A stretch of DNA of 13,592 nucleotides from Oligoflexales bacterium (GTDB lineage Bacteria; Bdellovibrionota_B; Oligoflexia; Oligoflexales; CAIYRB01), in contig JBGSUI010000159.1 in assembly GCA_041736175.1 (NCBI GenBank), forward strand, positions 1-13,592, written 5' to 3'. Below are positions 6,409 to 13,592 of this stretch, piece after piece (the stretch's first letter is position 1; each line of letters opens with the position of its first letter). The notes beneath the pieces were generated by a model. That model was not told the DNA's origin. It searched no databases and was given only the letters and a program-made list of their open reading frames with translations. Position numbers and translations under genes: made by a program.

Positions 6409-7908
6409 ATGCACCAAGGTCAAATCACAGTGCTTCTCATGGCAAGCGTCTATCTTATAGCGTTTGCCCACTGTATTCGAGTCCTGACCAATGAGAGGAC
6501 CACCCCCGGTGCAGCGATTGCTTGGATTCTCTTTTTGCTTATTTTGCCGGTGGTCGCGATCCCGCTCTATTGGCTAGTAGGGGACTTTCGGCTCAGTGGC
6601 TATGTCAAGCGCCACCGGGAACGAACCCTAGAATTAGCCCTCGAATCCCCAGCACCCCATCACGAAAACCCTGTGATCTCGCTCCCCATCCCCCCACATA
6701 AGGAGCCCCCATTTCCCTCTGATAAAACCTGTGGCGATCTTTTTAGGACAAGCGAAAAGGTGTTTAGCCAGCTAGGCCCCGTCTACCAGGCTCACCCTGG
6801 ATCTGCAGAGCTACTAGTGGACGGTAAGACGACTTTCAAAGCCATTTTTGAAAAAATTGCGGGGGCTACTGCTTATATTTTAGTTCAATATTACATCGTG
6901 CGCCATGATCGTCTGGGCCTTGAGTTAAAGCGGCTTTTGATCGCTAAAGCAAGAGAGGGGATTCCCGTCTACTTCCTTTATGACGATATGGGATCTTTTT
7001 GGCTTTCGACAAAATATATCAACGATCTTAAAAAACATGGGGTCAAGATTGCCCAGTTTCTCGAAGTGGCGAGCTTTAAGCGTTTTTTCCAGATGAATTT
7101 TAGAAATCACCGGAAGATCGTGGTCGTCGACGGCCACTATGCTTTTACCGGCGGACTCAATGTCGGGGACGAATACATCGCTCCGAAGTCAAAAAAAACC
7201 AGACGATATTGGCGAGACACCCATCTGCTCGTCACAGGGTTACCGGTCCAGCAGGTGGAGGAGGTTTTTTTAGAAGACTGGCATTTTGCAACCGATCAAG
7301 CGGTGATCCTCCCTGATAAAAAACCTACTGTATCCTCAGAGCCCTCGACAAAGGAGCGGCTTTATCCTATTCGAGTCATCCCCACAGGACCAGCCGACGA
7401 CCTCTTGGTAAGTATGGTGTTCCTCCAAACACTTATCTGGGGAGCTCAGGAGCGGCTGTGGATTGCAAGCCCCTATTTTGTGCCTGATCAATCGCTGTTG
7501 CGGGCCCTACATATAGCGATTTTAAGGGGCGTTGACGTAAGAGTTATGATCCCGTTAGTGGGTGACAATCGACTCGTTCAGTGGGCCTCCCTGTCCTTCG
7601 GAGATCAGGTGCGCAAGATGGGAGGCAAGGTGTTGCTGTACCAAGCGGGTTTTATGCACCAAAAGGTGATTCTCGTCGACCGGTCGGCTGTGGCCTTGGG
7701 TACTATGAATTTAGACAATCGAGCCATATACCTCAATTTTGAAACCATGATTCTTATCCACGATCAAGCCATGGCAGATAAGGTCGAAAAAATGCTGGAA
7801 GATGATTTCCTATCCTGTCACTACTTGGGTGTTGAGCCGCGGCCCTTTATCCGCAAACTGGTGGGAATGCGCGGCAATGCCACAAGGGTTCTGTCTCCTC
7901 TCCTTTAA
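6409..7908 (+). CDS. cls: Cardiolipin synthase (phospholipase D family)
   Basis: Two N-terminal TM helices (AWILFLLILPVVAIPLYWLVG), two HKD motifs (NHRKIVVVDG, HQKVILVD), WRDTH, SPYFVP and NLDNR..LNFE. Start ATG6409 or GTG6388. Confidence 0.95.
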   Translation: MHQGQITVLLMASVYLIAFAHCIRVLTNERTTPGAAIAWILFLLILPVVAIPLYWLVGDFRLSGYVKRHRERTLELALESPAPHHENPVISLPIPPHKEPPFPSDKTCGDLFRTSEKVFSQLGPVYQAHPGSAELLVDGKTTFKAIFEKIAGATAYILVQYYIVRHDRLGLELKRLLIAKAREGIPVYFLYDDMGSFWLSTKYINDLKKHGVKIAQFLEVASFKRFFQMNFRNHRKIVVVDGHYAFTGGLNVGDEYIAPKSKKTRRYWRDTHLLVTGLPVQQVEEVFLEDWHFATDQAVILPDKKPTVSSEPSTKERLYPIRVIPTGPADDLLVSMVFLQTLIWGAQERLWIASPYFVPDQSLLRALHIAILRGVDVRVMIPLVGDNRLVQWASLSFGDQVRKMGGKVLLYQAGFMHQKVILVDRSAVALGTMNLDNRAIYLNFETMILIHDQAMADKVEKMLEDDFLSCHYLGVEPRPFIRKLVGMRGNATRVLSPLL

Positions 7909-7938
7909 TCTCTTTTTTGATACCGGGAGCATATTGCC

Positions 7939-8187
7939 ATGACTAACCAAGTTGAAGTTCTCTATTTTGCGATGCTGCAAGAGTCCGCTCGCAAAACCCA
8001 CGAAGTGGTCCCCCTTGAGCCAGGCCTAACAGCAAGCAGTCTTTACCAGAAACTAAAAGGCGCCTATGATTTTAGCCTCGAGTTCCATCAGGTTCGGGTG
8101 GCTATCAACGACCGGTTTGCCCCTGGGGACAGCGTCCTTAAGGGGGGTGATAGGGTCGCTTATATCCCTCCGGTTTCAGGAGGCTAA
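7939..8187 (+). CDS. moaD: Molybdopterin synthase sulfur carrier subunit
   Basis: 82 aa, VLYFA near the N-terminus, VAIN, C-terminal GDRVAYIPPVSGG diglycine. Confidence 0.95.
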   Translation: MTNQVEVLYFAMLQESARKTHEVVPLEPGLTASSLYQKLKGAYDFSLEFHQVRVAINDRFAPGDSVLKGGDRVAYIPPVSGG

Positions 8188-8192
8188 AACCC

Positions 8193-8678
8193 ATGAACCA
8201 CTCCAACCTCAACCAAGCCTCCTGTCCTATCGTGCTCACTCCCTACCCCATCGACCAAGTCGCTCTTAGACAAGGGGTCCCCCTTCGCCACGATTGTGGT
8301 GGCTACGCCTGCTTTGAAGGAATCGTCCGCAGCTCATTAGGCAGCACTCAAAAGAACCCATTGGGGCGCGAGGGAGATGAGCCAAAAGTCGATTTTTTAG
8401 AATACTCAGCCTACGAGCCTTTAGCCTTGCAGGAGATGGAAATTATCGCCCAAGAGGCCAGCATGCGCTACGATCTTAAATACGTTCAAGTGACACACCG
8501 ATTTGGCAAGATTAGAGTAGGGGAGACCGCAGTCATGATACAGGTTTTGAGCAAGCATCGGGCCGAAGCCTTTGCGGGCTGCCAGATGGTGATCGACCAG
8601 ATCAAAAGGCGGGTTCCCATCTGGAAAAAAGAACACTTCGTCAACGGCGATGCACAGTGGGTTCTATGTACGCACTAA
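8193..8678 (+). CDS. moaE: Molybdopterin synthase catalytic subunit
   Basis: GGYACFEGIVR, LEYSAYEPLA, HRFG, HRAEAF and IKRRVPIWKKE motifs; directly follows moaD. Confidence 0.95.
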   Translation: MNHSNLNQASCPIVLTPYPIDQVALRQGVPLRHDCGGYACFEGIVRSSLGSTQKNPLGREGDEPKVDFLEYSAYEPLALQEMEIIAQEASMRYDLKYVQVTHRFGKIRVGETAVMIQVLSKHRAEAFAGCQMVIDQIKRRVPIWKKEHFVNGDAQWVLCTH

Positions 8679-9658
8679 GCGACAATTTTGGCAGAGAGTA
8701 CCGATATCTGCGTCTATCGTTGACAGAAGCCTGCAATATGGCATGCCACTATTGCCTCCCCCATGGTTTTCCAGAGTGGTACCGTCATAAAGCCCGCCTC
8801 GGCCTTAATGATATCAGCACGCTTTTAGAGGGCTTCCGACTCCTAGGATTCTGTAAAGTGAGGCTTACGGGCGGAGAACCAACGATTCACCCCCACTGCC
8901 TGGACACCGTGGGAATCGCTAAAGACCTGGGGTATTCCCAGATCGCCATGACCAGCAATGGTCTGATGATAGGTGACTTAGAGCCATGGATGAAAAAGGG
9001 TTTGACCAGCCTTAATCTTAGTTGTGACAGCATCGATCCCGAGGTCTTTTGGAACATCACGGGCTCCAAGGATCTCCAAAAAGTTCTCAGCCTCGTGGAT
9101 CGTGCCATCAGTCTTGGTCTGCCGGTTAAGATCAATACAGTCCTTATGCGGTCCCGTAACGGACATCCTGCCCAGATCGACGAAATGATCCACTGGGCTT
9201 TGAGTCGGCCGCTCACCCTTCGATTTATTGAATTGATGGATACAGGACTCAATAAGTCCTTTGCTTCGGAAGAGAGGGTACAAGGTTGCGAGGTTTTAGA
9301 TACGATCAAAAAGATGGGACTGTCACCGGATTCAGCTCTTTCTCATAAGCTTGCGGATCGAGAGGGAGAGACTGCGGGCCCCTCGACAGACTATGGTTTT
9401 GCGGGGTATCCGGGTAAGATTGGCTTTATTAACCCGCTTTCCTGTAACTTTTGTGACCGTTGTAACCGTCTTAGGGTCACGGCCAAAGGTCGGCTTAAAC
9501 TCTGCCTTTTTGGCGACCATGACTTGGATTTGGATCTATCGTCTCCAGACCAAGTTGCGGCTGATGTTTCCCGCATGATTGGTCTCAAGGGTCAAAGGCA
9601 CCAGCTCGAGCGGGGCAACACTGGAAATGTTCAGACCTTTAGGACGATTGGCGGCTGA
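8666..9658 (+). CDS. moaA: GTP 3',8-cyclase (radical SAM)
   Basis: LSDNFGR..YLRLSLTEACNMACHYC (CxxxCxxC), LTGGEP, RFIELM, second cluster FCDRCNRLR...LKLCL, C-terminal IGG. Start ATG8666 (alternative GTG8657) overlaps the end of moaE. Confidence 0.96.
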   Translation: MYALSDNFGREYRYLRLSLTEACNMACHYCLPHGFPEWYRHKARLGLNDISTLLEGFRLLGFCKVRLTGGEPTIHPHCLDTVGIAKDLGYSQIAMTSNGLMIGDLEPWMKKGLTSLNLSCDSIDPEVFWNITGSKDLQKVLSLVDRAISLGLPVKINTVLMRSRNGHPAQIDEMIHWALSRPLTLRFIELMDTGLNKSFASEERVQGCEVLDTIKKMGLSPDSALSHKLADREGETAGPSTDYGFAGYPGKIGFINPLSCNFCDRCNRLRVTAKGRLKLCLFGDHDLDLDLSSPDQVAADVSRMIGLKGQRHQLERGNTGNVQTFRTIGG

Positions 9659-9794
9659 AAATAGCAGCTCAACTCCACCGCACCTTGCCCCTATCGATCA
9701 AGCTGCATATTGGTTGGCACTTTAGTGGCTGCTCTGGTAAAAAAGCCCTTCCTAGATCGTAGGTTTCCGAAACAAGGGGAGGGGGGACGTTTCC

Positions 9795-10334
9795 GTGGGT
9801 TCAGAGACAAAAAAAAAAGAACCGGAGAGTAGAGGACAAGCCGTAGTCATTGTCTCAAGCGACCGAGCTTTCACCGGGACCTATCAAGACGAAAGTGGAC
9901 CGGCAGCAAAATCTTGGCTTGAGGACCAGGGCATTAGGGTCAAGAGCGTTCAGGTTGTTCCCGACCGTAACGACAAGCTCCTTGAAGCCTTAGAAGATGC
10001 CCACCAAGACGATGTCCATCTCATCGTCGTCTCCGGAGGCACTGGGATTGGCCCCCGCGATCTGACTCCCCAAGTGGTGAGCCGCTATGCTGATTATGAA
10101 ATTCCCGGGTTTGGTGAGTTTATCAGGGCTGAGAGTCTCAAGTATTCTCCCAAAGCCTATTTAAGCCGCTGCGGCGCATGGGTGATCGGCTCTCAGGTGA
10201 TCGTGGCGTTAGCAGGAAGCCCCAAAGCAACCCGCGAGCAGCTGGAAATTCTTAAAGACCTTATTCCTGCAGCTATCGACGCTGTCAGAGATCAGTGCGA
10301 CCATCGTCGCTCCTCCAAAGGAAAAAATAAATGA
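9795..10334 (+). CDS. mog: MogA/MoaB-family molybdopterin adenylyltransferase
   Basis: SSDRA...DESG, VVPD, SGGTGIGPRDLTP, IPGFGE..R, LSR and GSPKA motifs; GGAGG RBS at 9778-9782. MogA versus MoaB is not firmly resolved. Confidence 0.88.
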   Translation: MGSETKKKEPESRGQAVVIVSSDRAFTGTYQDESGPAAKSWLEDQGIRVKSVQVVPDRNDKLLEALEDAHQDDVHLIVVSGGTGIGPRDLTPQVVSRYADYEIPGFGEFIRAESLKYSPKAYLSRCGAWVIGSQVIVALAGSPKATREQLEILKDLIPAAIDAVRDQCDHRRSSKGKNK

Positions 10335-11518
10335 TAACCTATGCCGAAGCCCAAAAAATCATAGAGAGCCTGGTTTTTAAGACCCCCTTAACCGTCTCCT
10401 GCCCCTTGGGAGAAGCCCTGGGCCGGGTTTTAGCGTCCGATATAAGGGCTCCCTTTTCGCTGCCATCTTTTACAAACTCCGCTATGGATGGATACGGTGT
10501 TGCGTTTGATCAGGCAAAATCACCGGCGACTCTTGCGGTCGACCAAAAAGTTTGGGCAGGGCAGCTCCCGCGGGACCTCCCCGACCAGCCTGGCTCCTGT
10601 ATCCAGGTGATGACAGGTGCTCCATTGCCCCCTTGGGTCGACACGGTGATTCCCGTGGAACAGGTGGAATCCCTTGGTCCCAGAGAGATCAAGGTCCTAA
10701 GTATGCCACCAAAAGGGTCTCATATCCGACACCAAGGAGAAGATCTGCCTATAGGGAGCGCTCTGCTCAAGGCAGGTAGTCTCATGACCCCAGAACGGAT
10801 TATGGTCGCCGCAGCTTTTGGACTGAGGCAACTCCCAGTGGTAGACGAGCCCCAAGTACACCTCTGGTCCACAGGGGATGAGATTGTGGAACCGGGTTCA
10901 AACCTTGCTCCTGGACAAGTCTATAACTCAAGTCGGTTTTTTCTGGAGACCTCTCTCAAAAAACTTGGGGTTGCGCGGCCTACCTGGATGTACCTCGTGG
11001 ATGAGCCCCAAATCATCGCGGCTCATCTCCGCCATTTGTGCGAAAGCGGCAAACCGACTATTCTTATTTCCACTGGAGCCGTTTCTCAAGGCGAAGCGGA
11101 TTTTCTCCCAAAGGTCGCGCAGGAACAGGGGTGGACCATTCTTTTTCATAAAGTTGCTATTCGTCCGGGAAAACCGGTTCTTTTAGCCCAAAAGGATCAG
11201 GTGATTTGGCTGGGTCTTCCTGGCAACCCGGTTTCTACGGCTGTGGGCTGGCACTTTTTTGGGCACCCGCTCTTTTCCAAACTTATGGGGGTCCCCCCCG
11301 CTCCTTCCGTTCGACTCACCTTAAAAAACGATGTACAAAAACCCTCTGGGCTAAGGTGTTTTTATCGGGCAGAGGTACGGGAACCTTTTGCATGGGTCGC
11401 TTCGAAGCAGGGAAGCGGTCATCTCGCAGCATCTTTATCTAGCAATGCCTATGTGATTTTGCCCGAAGGTCTAACCAAAGTGGTTGCAGGTACGAAGGTC
11501 GAAGCCGTCGTGATCTAG
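10331..11518 (+). CDS. moeA: Molybdopterin molybdotransferase
   Basis: ALGRVLA, PSFTNSAMDGYG, VMTGAPLP, STGDE, STGAVSQG..D, IRPGKP and GLPGNPVS motifs; ATGA overlap with the mog stop. Confidence 0.96.
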   Translation: MITYAEAQKIIESLVFKTPLTVSCPLGEALGRVLASDIRAPFSLPSFTNSAMDGYGVAFDQAKSPATLAVDQKVWAGQLPRDLPDQPGSCIQVMTGAPLPPWVDTVIPVEQVESLGPREIKVLSMPPKGSHIRHQGEDLPIGSALLKAGSLMTPERIMVAAAFGLRQLPVVDEPQVHLWSTGDEIVEPGSNLAPGQVYNSSRFFLETSLKKLGVARPTWMYLVDEPQIIAAHLRHLCESGKPTILISTGAVSQGEADFLPKVAQEQGWTILFHKVAIRPGKPVLLAQKDQVIWLGLPGNPVSTAVGWHFFGHPLFSKLMGVPPAPSVRLTLKNDVQKPSGLRCFYRAEVREPFAWVASKQGSGHLAASLSSNAYVILPEGLTKVVAGTKVEAVVI

Positions 11519-11552
11519 AACGATCCTTGAATTAAAGTGAGAAATTTGCGTC

Positions 11553-12674
11553 ATGAGTTCACCATCTCCCACAAAAACTGTAAAACAGCGTCTTCTCGAG
11601 CAACAAGGCCAAAAAGCACCTTTGGATTTGTTTTTATTTGCCTGTTGGGAACAAGAAAAGACTCTCAAAGCATTGGCTCGAGATGCTCAGAAAGAAAAAA
11701 AATCTTTTGTAGCGACACCACCCCGGGGTTGGCCAGGGGTCCAGACAGCGGCTTCAGATGGTACCCGAGACTTTGGAAGTCTGTGGGTTCAATGCTGCCA
11801 ATGGTATAAAACCCACTACCCGGATCTTGCCTCCTCCTTAACTCTAGATCATGAAACCCTTTCGGGGTTGGTTGCTCCAGTCGTCGACCTTTATAACGAC
11901 CTTAATGCTCTCTTCCAACTCTGCTTTGAAAAATCATTGCCGGTGTTTCCAGCGGTCGAAGGTGCAGAGGAGTCTCCTTGGCCTCAGATCCTCAAGGTCC
12001 TCGAAACCAACGTAGGTTCTGTCAATGGCTGGGTACGGGAGTACCTGATTTGGTCTTTCCGAGAAGAAGTCGTGGAATTTTTTGAGCATGGAAGCCGGCC
12101 TCCAGTGGGCAAATATGCTCCCCCAGCCCTTCGCAGAGAGTCGTCTTTTGGCTCTCGCTCCCGGAGTGGTGGTCGTGACGGGGCGAGACCTCGAAATGAT
12201 AAAGACTCAGGCGACGGCCGAGGTGAGAGAGATCGGGGTCCTAAAAGCCGCTTCCGAAGAGAGCCTGGAAATGACGATGGGCCCCCAGCTCCCCGCTCTC
12301 AAGGCGGTGAAGGCGGTGAGGGCAGAGGAGGTCGAGAGAGAGGCCCCCGTGACCGCAATCCATCCCAGAGGCGCAGTCCAGAGTTTAGATCACCCCGTGG
12401 TGGTGACCGTGGTCGGTCAGGGGATCGAGATTCTAATAGGCCCAGGGTCAGCGCCGAAGAAACTCAAAAAAATACTGAGCTTGCCCTTGCCGAGGTGGAT
12501 GAGGCGATTAAGACCCTTGCAATCCAGCCTGGTATCAACGAAATAAAACTTGCCCCCCTAAATAGTTTCTATCGGAGAATCCAACATCAGAAGATTGTCG
12601 ATGCTGGTTTTGTCTCCCAATCTGTGGGGGAGGGGGCATCGCGAGCTGTGACCATCTCTCGGCAGCCGGTTTAA
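11553..12674 (+). CDS. R3H-domain putative single-stranded nucleic-acid-binding protein with long R/G/D/E-rich low-complexity linker
   Basis: C-terminal IKLAPLNSFYRRIQHQ...SQSVGEGASRAVTI matches R3H (RxxxH, SxGEG..R.V.I). About 105-aa charged RG/DR-rich linker; N-terminal ~190 aa not recognised. Confidence 0.85.
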   Translation: MSSPSPTKTVKQRLLEQQGQKAPLDLFLFACWEQEKTLKALARDAQKEKKSFVATPPRGWPGVQTAASDGTRDFGSLWVQCCQWYKTHYPDLASSLTLDHETLSGLVAPVVDLYNDLNALFQLCFEKSLPVFPAVEGAEESPWPQILKVLETNVGSVNGWVREYLIWSFREEVVEFFEHGSRPPVGKYAPPALRRESSFGSRSRSGGRDGARPRNDKDSGDGRGERDRGPKSRFRREPGNDDGPPAPRSQGGEGGEGRGGRERGPRDRNPSQRRSPEFRSPRGGDRGRSGDRDSNRPRVSAEETQKNTELALAEVDEAIKTLAIQPGINEIKLAPLNSFYRRIQHQKIVDAGFVSQSVGEGASRAVTISRQPV

Positions 12675-12683
12675 GGAAACATC

Positions 12684-13517
12684 GTGACGAAGGGTGAGCA
12701 AAAGAAAAAAGTCGTCGTGATCACTGGAGCAAGCTCGGGCATTGGGCTCTCCTGTGCCGAAATCTTTGCCAAGGCTGGATACTCCCTAGCCCTAGGAGCC
12801 CGCCGTGTGGACCGGCTCTTGGAAGCCAAAGCTCACCTAAAACAGTTGAGATCCATTGAGGTGTCCTTTCGCGGAGATGGAGAGGGAGATGGCCCAGAGA
12901 TCCTATGCGAATCCTTGGATGTCACCTCCGATAGCTCTGTTCAGGAATTTGCCACCAAAATCATTGAAAAATTCCCGGATTTTAGCGTGATCCTTATCAA
13001 CAACGCCGGTCTTGCCCTAGGCCGTGATCCCCTGGAGTCATCCCGGCGGGACCACTGGACGCAGATGGTCGAGACTAACTTTCTGGGGCTGCTCAGGGTG
13101 ACCCAAGCTCTGTTACCGTGGATCTTAAAATCCAGGGCGTCCCATATCGTTAATATTGGCTCGATAGCCTCCTTTCAAAGCTATGCTGGGGGATCTGTTT
13201 ATGCCGGGACAAAGCATGGCGTGCGAGCGATCACCGCTGCCCTCCGGGAAGAACTGATGGGTACCGGAGTCCGGGTGACCGAAATTGATCCTGGTATGGT
13301 TGAGACTGAGTTTAGTCTGGTTCGGTTAGGTGACGAAATAAAGGCAAAAGATGTCTATAAGGGAATGCAACCGCTCACCCCTGTGGATATCGCCGAAACT
13401 ATCTATTTTGTAACATCAAGGCCAGCCCATGTGAACATTGACCAAATCGTTATTCTTAGATCTTGCAAAGAATTGAACAAAAAGGATCAAAAAACAAAGT
13501 TTTCTAGCATAAATTAA
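12684..13517 (+). CDS. NADP-dependent SDR oxidoreductase (YdfG-like), C-terminus replaced by inserted repeat; possible pseudogene
   Basis: TGASSGIG, ARR, NNAG, YAGTK (YxxxK), IDPGMVETEFS..R and PAHVNI motifs. The last 20 codons (LRSCK...SIN) are read from the 140-bp repeat. Confidence 0.9.
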   Translation: MTKGEQKKKVVVITGASSGIGLSCAEIFAKAGYSLALGARRVDRLLEAKAHLKQLRSIEVSFRGDGEGDGPEILCESLDVTSDSSVQEFATKIIEKFPDFSVILINNAGLALGRDPLESSRRDHWTQMVETNFLGLLRVTQALLPWILKSRASHIVNIGSIASFQSYAGGSVYAGTKHGVRAITAALREELMGTGVRVTEIDPGMVETEFSLVRLGDEIKAKDVYKGMQPLTPVDIAETIYFVTSRPAHVNIDQIVILRSCKELNKKDQKTKFSSIN

Positions 13518-13592
13518 TATATAAAAGCCCTACAATGGCGTCCGACAACCACTAAATCTCGATACAATACTATGCCGCAGATTTTTTGAATA
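13453..13592. mobile_element. Right copy of the 140-bp perfect inverted repeat; probable IS-like end inserted in the SDR gene
   Basis: Exact reverse complement of 1-140; begins inside the SDR reading frame; abrupt drop in GC. Confidence 0.7.

Noticed and set aside
12082..12546. Alternative-frame 154-aa ORF within the R3H gene
   Set aside because: Arises from the GC-rich low-complexity linker; no RBS or recognisable motif.
1..13592. Complete linear plasmid, phage or Polinton-like element with terminal inverted repeats
   Set aside because: No replication, terminal-protein, capsid, integrase or transposase gene. The cargo is tRNA and housekeeping genes, the right repeat cuts a gene, and the 140-bp length fits an assembler k-mer overlap.

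Overview
Bacterial chromosomal segment; the style of the fibre protein suggests Oligoflexia/Bdellovibrionota (inference). Both ends carry the same AT-rich 140-bp sequence in perfect inverted orientation (1-140 and 13453-13592). This is most likely two inverted copies of an IS-like repeat at which the assembly broke, and the right copy interrupts an SDR gene. The left 5.5 kb encodes a 1694-aa secreted, phage-tail-fibre-like protein with nested repeats, preceded by a candidate sigma28 promoter. It ends in an FGE-type C-type-lectin-fold domain whose last ~130 bp look like a diversity-generating retroelement (DGR) variable region. No template repeat or reverse transcriptase is present in the window, so it is a candidate remote DGR target. 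Next come tRNA-Glu and tRNA-Lys on the minus strand, then a plus-strand housekeeping run: hypothetical protein, cardiolipin synthase, moaD-moaE-moaA-mog-moeA, an R3H protein with a long charged disordered linker, and the interrupted SDR.
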